Of a stretch of DNA of 64,000 bases, positions 41,070-52,330 are shown piece after piece; the first letter of the stretch is position 1; each line of letters starts with the position of its first letter. The notes beneath the pieces are model-generated. The model worked only from the letters and a program-made list of their open reading frames with translations, searched no databases and was not told the DNA's origin. A program made the translations under genes and the position numbers. This DNA is from Dimorphilus gyrociliatus (taxonomy: Eukaryota > Animalia > Annelida): assembly GCA_904063045.1 (NCBI GenBank), contig CAJFCJ010000076.1, positions 74,253 to 138,252 on the forward strand, read 5' to 3'.

Positions 41070-41530
41070 TATTTTTCCCATTTTTGGTAACAAATCTGGC
41101 TGCAGTTTTATAACCTTTTAAGAGCATTTGTTTATTCTTTTCCAAAATTCATATTCAGATTTGAATTGTGGACTGTCATATACCAGGTTTTTGGTAAGGT
41201 GGCACGAATACAACAGAAAACGTCCACAAATGAGTGCTTTTACCCTAACCCTAACCCAGCCCTTAGCTGTACTTAACCTTTTCCATTACCCCTAACCTTT
41301 AGAGGAGAACCTCCTAACTACAAATCAGTTGCTGTTTTCTTCTGCCTAACCATTTCTCAATCCAAATTTTTGTCTTGAAATTTCTCATTTGTGGACGTTT
41401 TCTGTCGACCCCAGGTGGCACATGTTCTCAATTGAGCTGAGATTGATGCCCTTTGCTGGCCATTCAAGAGAATGGATTTCTTTCATTTCAAAGGCTCTTT
41501 TAATCGTCCATCCTTACACAAATAGAATCT
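41070..41530 (-). mobile_element. Tc1-like transposase C-terminal fragment interrupted by a MITE
   Basis: With the MITE and one TSD removed it reads LEWPAKGINLSSIENMCHLTKNLVY...QFKSEYEFWKRI, similar to WPxxSPDLNPIENLW. Confidence 0.75.
41206..41412. mobile_element. 207-bp MITE with perfect 9-bp TSD AGGTGGCAC
   Basis: TSD at 41197-41205 and 41413-41421. TIR core ACAGAAAACGTCCACAAAT / ATTTGTGGACGTTTTCTGT. Confidence 0.95.
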
Positions 41531-41539
41531 CCAGTTCGT

Positions 41540-41930
41540 CCACAAAATACTAACCTTTTACAATGCATTTGTCTCCTTTACAGCATATTACACACTACAC
41601 TCTGTTTTTCCATCTGCAGTCTTGCAAGTTTCATTTGAACATCCTCTAATATATTCTATCTGATCAGAGATTGCAGTTCTATATGCCCAACAATCTCCAA
41701 TGGAACAATCATTAATTTGCATTTTAGATGTATTATTGTTAATACTGGAAATCTCTTTTCCACAATCAGCTTTATTTCCTTTGCGCTTATAAAAGAATTG
41801 AATGAGATAAGAGACATTTGTTTACCCATTCTTTCTTACCCTTTACAAATTCTACAAGAATGTTTTCTCTTTCTAATTGACAATTTGAGGCTAAATTTTG
41901 TAAATTTATATCCACTGAACAATTGATAAT
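41540..41930 (-). pseudogene. Fragment paralogous to the Ly6/uPAR last exon of the 1-3561 gene
   Basis: DCGKEISSINNNTSKMQINDCSIGDCWAYR...RGCSNETC...CSVICCKGDKC aligns with DCGKDISNLQNSTDKIRLIDCGIGDCWAHR. Confidence 0.75.
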
Positions 41931-44215
41931 ACTATGAAGAATATTTTCCATCAACAATGGAGAAATTCATAAATGGGTTAATTAATGACCAATTTCTTTT
42001 GAATATTGTAAATTATGAACTGCATAGCCAACTTTATAAATTACACCTGGAATTTGTTGTTGACCAATTGAAGGAACTGCACTAAAAGTGACAATATTCA
42101 TAATAATATGTGTCTGTTGAAAGCCTATCCTGGTAGATAACGACTTAAAAATTTTATCTTTTGCATATTCTCTGAACTTATATAGGCCTATAGATTTTTA
42201 TAAGAACTTTAAAAGCCTTGGTTTTCTCTCCATATGTTGTACTCATGTTTAAGTTATATCCTTAAGTATTTACCAGAGAATGATCCTGAACATATTAGTT
42301 AATAAATGACCAAATAGCTTTCAAGTTAAAACATGAAGCAAAACGTATGGGTAAGCCAGATATAACTTCAAGAATAGCTTTATTAGAGCTAAAGACTTGA
42401 GATACCTGTAGAAGAAGATATAGAGGTTGTTTACAACATGAAGAAATGACAACTTCATTCATCATATTTTCTCTACCCGTGGAAAGATAGCATTGGTGTA
42501 ATTTTAATAGTTAAGAATACTATTACCCATTATTCTTTCTTGAGTACTTTTCTCATACTTCACATACAAGCTTTAAATATGAATTAAATATTATTTTTGG
42601 GGTTGGGTGCAAAAGCACCTAATAGGTCTCCCTAAACGTTATAGGTATAGCTTCTTTAATAAAGAACATAAGGGTTCTAGTATCACATAAGGCAATGAGC
42701 TCTCTTCCATTGTGGTTTTTCATTCCAAATTGAAAATGTTCTCTCCCTTTTACCTGAAATGTTCAAGTTTGTCCTCTCTAAGGTTAAAGATTGCCACTGT
42801 TCCTTTAGAAGTTTCTCTATCAGTGGGTTCCTTAGGTTTAGTATGTATCAGTCTGTTGAAGGTGCCTCTTTCCATTCCTGTGTCTCCCATTCTTTGATGT
42901 GGTTGAAATCTATTTTGGGTAAAATTTATGTTTGGATTAATTAGCTTGTTGTCTAATCTTCTTTTAAATTGTTTGAATTCCTTTTCATCTTCTTTTCATC
43001 TTCTTTTCTTGCATTGTCAAAAACTTTTAAAGATTGTTCAGCATTGGAGGATGTTGATTTTACTACAAATTTTTGGGAGATCAATCTACAGAGAATATGA
43101 AATATAGCCAAATATCAATATCTGCATCAACATTTAAAAAGCAATACTTTTTTTCCCCACTAAAGAAACAAGAAAAGAAATCAGACATTGTTTCTTGACA
43201 TTCTCTTTATGATTATATTCTTCAATATCTGAGTATTTAATTTTATATTATTTTTGATTTAAGACTACTCTGCAATCAAATTCATTTTCTCAAAGTTTAT
43301 ATAGCTGTTTGGACTTTTCATAATTAACCAATTTAGTTTTTTTATGACGAATATTTTTGATTGGTATAAGCCAATAACAGTGTCAAAATGGAACATTAAA
43401 GAGAATCCATATCTCAGCAAACCACTGGACCGATTTTGATCAAATTTGAAGAAAAATTAATGGCAAGAAATAATATTAACAAATGGTTATATTTTTCTTA
43501 CATGAAATAAATAAATTGTAAGTTAAATATTGAAAACATTATTTTTTTTGTGAAGAATATTTTTTTCTATACATTTAAAGGCTGAAGAAAATTTATTTTT
43601 TGCTACAATTTTTTGATGGGTAAGAAAAAAAGATGAAGAAAAGAACACATCACTGCATATTTAAATAATATATATATATATATATATAAATTTTATGTGT
43701 TTTTTTTAAATATTAGTTGGGGTAATTACTTAGTATTATTTTTCTTTTAAAAATATATGTAAAAAAAATTGTCCACTGTGATTTAATAATTTAATATTTC
43801 TGCCCAAAGCATTTAAGTATTAATTTTAAATATAAGTAATTTATGGAATTAACTAAAGTCAAGTTTTGAAGGAGAACTAAACTACTTTGTAAGTTTAAAT
43901 TAACTTTGTTTGACAAGAGTGAATGTATTCAATAGTTAATAGTTGTTTTGTGAGTGCTTGCATATTATGTAATAAGGTGATCAATGGAAAGATCACCAAA
44001 AGCCTTTTCAATTGTTTGGTTAATTAAATTGTTTACAGAAAAAAACTCTTAAACAAGAAGATATATATAAATATAACTGGGTTTTTTTAATATTCAATAA
44101 ATCAGTCTGAGGTTTGACTTTGGAAAATTGGTTTACTTTTTTCTGGAAATTTTTTTGTAAGTTGTACAAATACACTTAGAAATTATTCTAAAAATTTTTT
44201 TTACACAGCATTACA

Positions 44216-45735
44216 ATGGAAATTAATAGATGGTGTATTGCAATTTTTGAAGATCCTACTCAATCAATTGATTTTACTGAAAAAAATTTAAAACTTCAAA
44301 TTAGTTTTCTATTTCATTGTTACTACAATGCCTACTATAGCAGATTTCATGTAACTTTTGATTCTGCTATCTGTAAACAATTCTTTAAGTATCAATTATT
44401 AAGAGGATGTTGTATTAAAGAGGCATTAGCTGACCCTTCAGAAAATGTGGAAGAGCTAAAAGTTATTTTTAAATATATTCAAAAACTAACATCTGTATCA
44501 AAAAAATCTATGAGAAAATTTTATAAAAAGCAGTTAGACTTAAAAAATTATAGATTCTTAAAAGATTTAATGAAAACAGTTAAAGAGGAGGATGCTTTTA
44601 AAAATATTTTGGACTTTTATGAAAAGAAAGTGTTAAATATAAATAAAAAAAATTGGAAATCATTGGAGAAAGAAGTGATAAAGTGTTCAGCAACTGGAAA
44701 AAAAGTTACTTAAGTTCTATAATGACTGCCATGCTCCAACTCCATCTAAAGAAACAACAGCAACAACAACCAACCCTATCCCTCAATCATCTGCAACTGA
44801 AAATGAAATGGAAAATGAAACAACTCCAGCAGAAAACACAGACATTATTGTACCTGCACAGCCAACTGCTACTACTGCAAGAAGATTTTCAGAGGAAACA
44901 ACAATTATTGAACATAGACAACAATCTGGAATTGAAACTGTTACACCACAACTATTTGAATCAAGATAAGAATATTTTCAAGAACAAGAAATGGCTATAT
45001 CAGCACTGCAGTCAGAATTGGAACCACTTACAACAGAAATTGAATCTGCACAACCAACAACTGGAATTGAATCTGCAGCACTATCAACTGGAATTGAACC
45101 TGCACCACCAACAACTGGATTGGAATCTGAGTTACCATCTACAAATTGTGAAAATATTGAGGAAATGCATATGGAAATCTACAATCAGATGGGTCTTGGG
45201 GAGAATTTGGAAGTTGGAGAAATGATGCAGTTGGATGAGGATGTCCAGAATGATGATGCTGTAAGTAGACAGGATTTTTTTTTAAAGAGTTGCAAAGAAA
45301 GAATGAAAGGAAATATAAATTATGTTAATTATTCCAAGAACAATCAATACTTTCAATGATCCTGATTTTTCACAAAAAACTCAACAGAACTTCCTTAAAG
45401 AAACAAAACCTTTCCATGATATTTTATCAGATTATACAATTTTAACAAATGATTTTCTAAAATTAGAAAATGGTAAATTCTTAAAGGCTAAAAATATGCT
45501 AAAAATTGATAAAAGCTTTCAGGTGTTTAGTATTGAAAATTTAACAATTCAAGATGTCTTTTGTATAATTAAGGGATGGAATTTAACAACAAATATTTTA
45601 ATTTACTTGAAAAATATTTCTGTAGATTTTGATATAAAAAAAGCAGTAAAGCAATTGCCTTTTTCCAATCATCATTTATTTTTTGTTAAAAAATCATTTA
45701 ACAAGGAGATAACAAATGATTTAAAATTATTATAA
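44216..45735 (+). pseudogene. Unidentified disrupted ORF: basic N-terminal domain, Thr/Glu/Pro-rich linker with 4 x 27-bp repeats (45030-45137), C-terminal domain
   Basis: Segments 44216-44713, 44712-45359 (one internal stop) and 45322-45735 look like one frameshifted ORF. Repeats read TTEIESAQP / TTGIESAAL / STGIEPAPP / TTGLESELP. Confidence 0.5.
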
Positions 45736-46499
45736 TGTAAATTTATTTCTGCACCAAATGAATTGTGTAAAAGAGGAAACAGCTTTTATCAGAATGATGA
45801 AGGAGTTTATTAAAGTAGCACATTAATAACATATAGCTTATATATATATTTTCTTGAAGTTTTTTTCTTATAAAAAAATATTGTATTTTTGTCTATGTCT
45901 AATGTATTTTCATGTTTTTCATTTTGCAAATAAATTTGAAAATTTGAAAATTTTGAAAAAAAAAATCTTGTTTTTTTTTGATAATACAAAATACTTGGAG
46001 TGAGAAAATTATTTAAACATTGTACAAAGCAAAAGAAAAAATAATCACCTATTGACCCATTCATCTAGACATATCACTTTCACTTGCAAACAGATTAAAC
46101 AAATTATGTAACATTATGTAAGAGTGAAAGTATTGTTTCCTAACCTTTGTTTAACCTTTGACTTGTTGAGGATTGTGAAATTTTTCAATTTTATATATAC
46201 TTATATACTTTTATTTGAATTTAAATATACAAGAATCTACCTTAACTATGTCTTTTGTTACTTTTCTATTTATTGTAAGATATAAATTGCTTAGATTTTG
46301 AAAATTTGAAAATATTTTTTTGACTATAATTCTTTATATATTTGGTATCAAATTAAAGTATATTTTGTCAGGAATTATTATTGATATATATAACTTTATT
46401 ATTATTTTCAAAAAATAAATTATTTTAGAAAATAAATATTTAACATTATTTCTTTTTAATTCCAAAGTTGACTAATAGGTGGAGGTGGTGTAGGGTAAG

Positions 46500-46536
46500 A
46501 GCCAATCACAGTAGAGAAATTCTCAACAGCCAATCA
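46500..46536 (+). promoter_or_regulatory. Tandem CCAAT (NF-Y-type) boxes
   Basis: AGCCAATCA at 46500-46508 and 46528-46536, preceded by a G-rich GGTGGAGGTGGTG tract. Confidence 0.55.
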
Positions 46537-46930
46537 GCACCCAGCTTTCATCAGTGTAAGAAAAATTATGGACCAGGAAGGTTCATTTCCCAACAAGCCT
46601 TTATTGAGGTAGGATGTCTGTGCATTTTTTCAAAGAAAATTTTTTAATTGTGATTTTTGTGTTTTTGTGTTTCATGTTTCTACCTGGACTATTACCACTA
46701 CGTATGGACCAGTGCTTGGAGAATACATTTGTTAACTACAACTTCTTTAAGGTTATGTACTAATGTAATTAGGTTGTAACTTAAATAAATTTAAGTTTAG
46801 GATTTAAATTGTAAATGGTAAAAAAAAAGTAGGAAACTTAAGTTTAGGTTAGGGATCAGTAATTTAAAGGTAAATTAAAGTGTAACTTGTATATTTAAAG
46901 TAAAATCTTCTTTTAATAAGTAGGGTTTCT

Positions 46931-47781
46931 TGCATTTTGAGTTGTAATCTTTTTTTGAGGTAACCACTCCTAATGCTAATTTTTTAAGAGTTCCTTAGGA
47001 TAGGATTTGTAGGATTTCCTGCATTGTTGAGTCCTAATCTTTTTTTGAGGTGAGTACTCTCAATGCAATTTCTTTTGGTTTTAGGTTAGGTTAGGCTGTG
47101 TAAGGTTTTCTGGCATTTTTGAGTTTTAATGCAAATTTTTTTCAATTTCTTTTAAATTAGGCTATATAAGGTTGTTAGCAAACTGGGTTTTAATCCTTTT
47201 TTGGGGAGACTACTCTTTTTGCAATGTTTTTCTGGTATATTAGGCTTTGGTATTTAGGCTGATTTATAAATTTTAAGATAGGTTTAAAGGTTAAAAAATA
47301 TTTGAGGTTTAGGTATGACAACATGAATTTTGATCCTGTATGGGAAAACTATTCCATGTTGATGAAAGGGTTTTTTATTTAAAACAAATTAATTTTAAGT
47401 TTAGGTATTACAAAAAAAATTGTATTGTAAGGTTGGTGCAAACTGGGTTGTAATCTTGTTCTGAGGTAACTACTCTGATTGCAAATTTTTCTGGTTTTTA
47501 GGTTTTGGTATTAGAACTTAAATTAAAATTAAAAGAATAGGGTTAGGTTAGGTTTAATTTTGGCTTTGTAATTTAATTTTAACTTAGGAGTTAAAGTAAC
47601 TAGGTTTTTTAAATATTTTTAAATATTATTAAGTTTAGAAATTATTTTAAAGTGTTCTTGCAAGTGGGGTCTTAATCTTTTTTTGAGATGATTACTCTAA
47701 TTGCACTATTTTTCTAGGTATTTAACTTAAAATACAGCAACAGGGATTTTAATCTTGTATGAGGAGACTATTCTATGTTGC
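46931..47781 (+). ncRNA. Array of seven structurally conserved bulged hairpins plus one internally deleted unit; putative structured RNA or ssDNA element of unknown class
   Basis: Units at 46931-46977, 47020-47067, 47178-47222, 47319-47361, 47437-47483, 47659-47705, 47737-47781; deleted unit at 47113-47132. Compensatory substitutions occur in three stems. Transcription is not shown. Confidence 0.6.
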
Positions 47782-49459
47782 AAAAAATTAAAATTAAGAA
47801 CTGTTAGGACTGCAGGTTGTGTAATATTTTATATAGATTATATTTTTTTTCAAAATGAGGAGTTGTAGTTGATAAATAAACTTGTTATGCTAAGTATCTT
47901 TTGGAAAAAAAAATCTCCGAAAAAAAGGTCAAGTATTTTTGTTAAATGTTGATGTAAAGGAAAATATTCAACTTAATTTTATTTTTCATAAATGGAAGCT
48001 ATATTGGAATTTGAAAGAGAAGACTGCTGGATGGACTGAAAAGAAATTTGTACCTTTGGACTTGGCTATCTACAAGAATTATCCTTCTCTTCCACTATGC
48101 TTAAGAAATATCTTCAAAGAAAATGTCATGTGATATGTTTTGTAAAATTTTTTTGTTTATACTATGTTTTACTTGAAACAAATCTATCTGTGTGACTTAA
48201 AAATATCAATGTGCCAATAAAAAAGTGAACTTACTTGTTGTGCTAAAAAATTAAAAAATAAATGTACATTTTGTTTTTTTGAATTTGAAAAAAATATATA
48301 TGAATTGTGATAAAAAACAAATATCTCTTCAAAAGATGTAAAAGTTTAAAAACTAAAAATAATGTTTTTCTATGGTTTTAAAATTATACAAAACTTTAAT
48401 GCCAAATGTCTCAAAAATGATAAAAGATAATTAAATTCTGTAAACAGATTTAGGATTGGCAGGTGTAAATTAGTCTATATACAAAATTTCAAAACCCTAT
48501 CTTAATTAATAACAAAGTTAATTTTTGCATGACGAATGTTTTGTATTGGCTTATATGCCACAATATTGACCAAACTTTACGGCGTCATAACTCATGAACC
48601 ATAAGAGATAATTGAATTCTGTAAAAAGATTTGACATCAGTGTAATGAAATTGAGCTATATATGAAATTTCAAATTCCTACAATTATTAACAACCAATTT
48701 AGTTTTTACATGACCAATATTTTTTATATAGGCTTGTATACCAAAATATCAAACTTTACGGTGCCATAACTGAACTGCGAGAGAGAGAGAGAGGAAGAGA
48801 TAAAGGGGAAGATTGTGGTTAAAAGCTTTTAACTGAACCTATCTTAAAGTTCTTTTTAGCTTTTTGTTGAACATCATAAGATAGATTACAATCTGAAAGT
48901 TTAATAAAGTCTTTTGGACTATTTTTAGGTCAATTACCAAAGAATTTCAAACTATTTCTCATCAGTTTGTTTTTTTGCCATTTTTTTTCATCTAAATTAG
49001 TACTGTACAGAGGCGCAACCAATTTGGCTCTGTTAAGAACTGTACTAATTATTTTAGAGTCAGAAAATTGTATATAAAAAATGTTTAAATCTGAAAAATA
49101 AAACAAATTAGTCTCACGATCAAATATGAATATTCAACTGGCTTGAATTCATTTTTGCTTTTTCTGTTGTTTTTTCTTAAAATCGAAATATTTTGATTTA
49201 AAAATGGATTGTATGGTTGTGAAAATTTTTTTCTGTAGGATAAATGATTTGTGAAACATCATGCAAAATTTCAGATAAATATCTATATTTTTAGAATCAG
49301 TTTTGAACCCTGTTCATTTTACCTTGTTGAAAATACCTATAGCCAGATCTATTTGTAATAATCTAATAAAGAAATACAAAGTAAATAAACTTGTTTATTA
49401 CTTAAAGATGGTGTTGGCTCTAGCTTATCTTTTATGCTTTATACAGAGTGCACTACACA

Positions 49460-49689
49460 GATATGAAATTCAACCAGACGAAATCTATAATCTTGATCCT
49501 CAAAGTCCTTTTAAAGTATCCTTTGATGTAGCCGAATACATATCAGATGTTGATGGTATGGGTGTACTAAGTTTTTTTGAAGCAATTAGAGCTTGTAAAT
49601 TAAGTTGTAAACTTAAATTTTATCAAGCTTCCTTGAGTGAATTATATGGAAAAGTTAGAGAAATTCCACAAAACGAGTATCTTGAATAG
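49460..49689 (+). pseudogene. GMDS: Isolated GDP-mannose 4,6-dehydratase fragment
   Basis: [34 protein letters not shown]...[19 protein letters not shown] matches the recalled GMD segment [30 protein letters not shown]...KFYQASTSELYGKVQEIPQ. Confidence 0.85.
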
Positions 49690-50058
49690 TCTATTAAGTG
49701 AGTAGTTTTAATCTAAAAGCTAGCTTTCTTATAAAGATTTATGAAAGAAAATCCTGCAGCTTAGAGTCTCCTTCAGCATATCCTTCTATATTAATTGATT
49801 TATTTCAGAATATTTCAAAATCAATTTTACAATTATATGAAATATCTCTTCAGAATCTTTCATTTGAAAATGGAGAGCTCAATGAACAAAGGGCAAACTT
49901 TTGCAATAATCAAAAACAATTAAAAATTGATCTGTAAATTATTAGAATAAAAGAAAGAAAGAAAACTACTCCATTATCAGAAAATATCAATGTTTAAAGT
50001 TTTAAAACAATTTGAATCTGTTGAACTGTCACACATATGGCAAGTCAAACCTTCAACG

Positions 50059-51147
50059 ATTGGCACAATTTACTTTAATTCACCCGACGATAGCGTTGCA
50101 GGTGTACAAAATAGGTTTGAAAACAATTCTTTTTTTCAATGAAATACACGGGATAATCTACATTTTTCATTCTCCATTATACAGAGTTGGAGTTTTTTTC
50201 TTCTTAGCTATGAATCAAGCGTTTATTAATTTATCGGCGCTAGAACTTTTTATTAGGGAACGCGTTATTTTTAAGTAAGTATTAGAATTACTAAAATCCT
50301 GTTATCTTATCATATACTCTTCGTACTCTTCAGACACGAAAACGTTAGCGGCTTCTATAGATGTTCGACTTATTATTGTTTGAAAATTATCTGCGATTTA
50401 CTGCCAATAAGAGCTTTGCCGTTGATTGTTTTCAGTGTCATAGTATATTGGATGCTTGGTAAGAATCTGAGAAGCAGCTGTTTTGGATTCTGACTTTACT
50501 TTTTATTTTTTGCATAGATTTATCTTCTGATGCTGGAAAATTCTTTTTCTTCTTACTTACCCTCTATTGTACTACTATTACCGCTTGCGCCATCTGCTTT
50601 GCATTCAGTGCAACGTTTGAAACTTTTGCTATTGCGAATATTGCAACTGCAATGTCCTTTGTCATAATGATGGTATGATAAACACTGTTTCCATTATATC
50701 TGTCTCATTTCTTGTTTTAATGTTTATAGTTATTCAGTGGAATGCTTGTAAAGTTGGATTCTATTGGTAATTGGCTGGAATGGGTTAAATATCTATCGCT
50801 GATGAGATATTGTCTAGCGGTTTGTTAGCTTTATTTTATTTATTGTCAAAATTTTCATGATCTATTATGTTTACAGGCCTTGATTATTAACGAATTTAAA
50901 GGATTGGAATTGCAGAAGAATGGCACTAGTGAAAAGTAATAGATAAAATTTAATTAAAATGTTGTATTTAATTACCATAACCTTTCAACTTTAGGGCCTT
51001 AGCAGAGAGATTTACCTACAAGAGCAAAAGATTGACTATGAAACGGATTGGGATAAATGGGTCAATATCCTAGCTTTATGCCTAGTGGCCACTGGATACT
51101 TTATTATTGGTTATATCCAATTGAGAAGAATGAAGAAATTGAAATAA
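50059..51147 (+). pseudogene. 3' (transmembrane) half of an ABCG2-like half-transporter; exons 50059-50114, 50185-50274, 50334-50458, 50518-50672, 50730-50819, 50877-50935, ~51003-51147; no NBD exons seen upstream
   Basis: IGTIYF...GVQNRVGVFFFLAMNQAF..LSALELFIRER.IFKHENVSGFYR...DLLPIR...FSGMLVKLDSIGNWLEWVKYLSLMRY...NEFKG. All introns GT-AG and phase-compatible. Confidence 0.85.
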
Positions 51148-51251
51148 CTGAAACATTAGACATTGTATTTGCTTGAAACTATAATTAGACTAGTGTACAA
51201 TATTCGAATTTACCATCAGAACACTTGTATACAACGTATTTAATATATATG

Positions 51252-52330
51252 TCATATGTATAATAATATGTAAAGCCTATCATCTGGTTTGAAGTGTATA
51301 CTTTGACAAACAATACATGAATCAGGAAAACATTCCATTACAGTTTCTGTAACATTTTCACCCTGTCCTACATTGAGGACAGAATCTGTTGAAACAAAAT
51401 AATCATCATTTAAAGATACATGTTTCCAGATAGCCTTGCCATAAACTCCATTATTTTGTCCAACATAATTTATATCCATTTCTTGGAGAAAAGCTATTTT
51501 CAAGAAAATATTTCTTCCACAATCCCTTCAAGTTCCCACTTGGATGTACTGTTTTTATTAGCACAACTTACAATGTCTTTCCTCTGGCTGGAGAGCATTT
51601 GAGAATTACAACAGGACAAAACATCCGCTGAGGGTAAAGTTTAGGGCTCGGTTTGGGGTATTTTTATGATTTGGAAAAGGTCTACTTGTCAACATTATAT
51701 CTTGGAGATTGATTTCTTTATACTCTAAAAAAGAGGGTACTGCTTTAAGAGAAAAGATAAAACTTTAGATTCTCCTCAACCTGTTTCACTGTGAAATGTT
51801 CCATCAATATCAATATCACATAATTCCAAAGGTGATCCATTAATTGTTTTTGTTATAGTTAGAAAAGAACCAATAACATTTTTTTCTCTGCAGTCAAAGC
51901 ATTGGTAGTTTGAAAATGAGTTGGATACAGGATTTTTTATTGGACCTTCCACATAATTACAAAATGAATTGTCCTCTTGTAAGAAGTTTTCCACAGTGAT
52001 ATTAAACTTTTCCAGAAAATTTTTTTAAATGGGTTAAAACTCTAAAACACTTAAAATTTCAATCTTTTCAATATAATAGTAAAACTAACCAGCCTTTCCA
52101 CTTAAAAGACATACTTTGCCAATGTTGTAATTATTATCCAAATCAACTGCAAACCAAGAGAAACCTTCTAGGTCAGACTCAGTTTTTGAGCAACCATAAT
52201 TATTCTTTTTCAAAGATTATCATCTAGTTTAAGAGGATCATTAAGCTAAAATTATAAGAATATTCTTACCCCTGTTGCTGAATTATCAATAGAAATTTCT
52301 GAATCAGTTGCATACAATGGCTGAGAACAA
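51252..52330 (-). pseudogene. Decayed F5/8C (fucolectin)-like multi-exon gene fragment
   Basis: GCSKTESDLEGFSWFAVDLDNNYNIGKVCLL and ...INGSPLELCDI; contains stops. Confidence 0.5.

Noticed and set aside
42040-42600. Possible LINE C-terminal remnant (AILEVISGLPIRF on the minus strand)
   Set aside because: Single weak motif, many stops, and no RT or endonuclease motifs nearby.
44653-45225. Gln/Leu-rich 190-aa ORF
   Set aside because: It is an alternative frame of the ACA/ACT/GAA-rich linker; the composition is explained by the overlapping Thr/Glu frame.
46931-47781. Hairpin array as spliced-leader RNA genes (GAG|GTRA donors and Sm-like AATTTTTCTGG tracts)
   Set aside because: Only 3 of 7 units have GT at that position, and the would-be leader sequences vary, whereas SL exons are near-identical.
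46931-47781. Hairpin array as hammerhead, twister, HDV-like ribozymes or armless tRNAs
   Set aside because: No CUGANGA/GAAA core, no twister P4 or pseudoknot segment, no nested double pseudoknot, and no 7-nt anticodon loop with U33 and purine 37, on either strand.
46931-47781. CRISPR-like or integron attC array
   Set aside because: Eukaryotic context, repeats too divergent, spacers irregular and low-complexity, no RYYYAAC/GTTRRRY ends, and no cas or tyrosine recombinase gene seen.
49303-49460. N-terminal part of the 128-aa ORF resembling a cytochrome P450 C-terminus
   Set aside because: No heme-binding FxxGxxxC motif. The downstream part is clearly GMDS and the upstream part is probably non-coding read-through.
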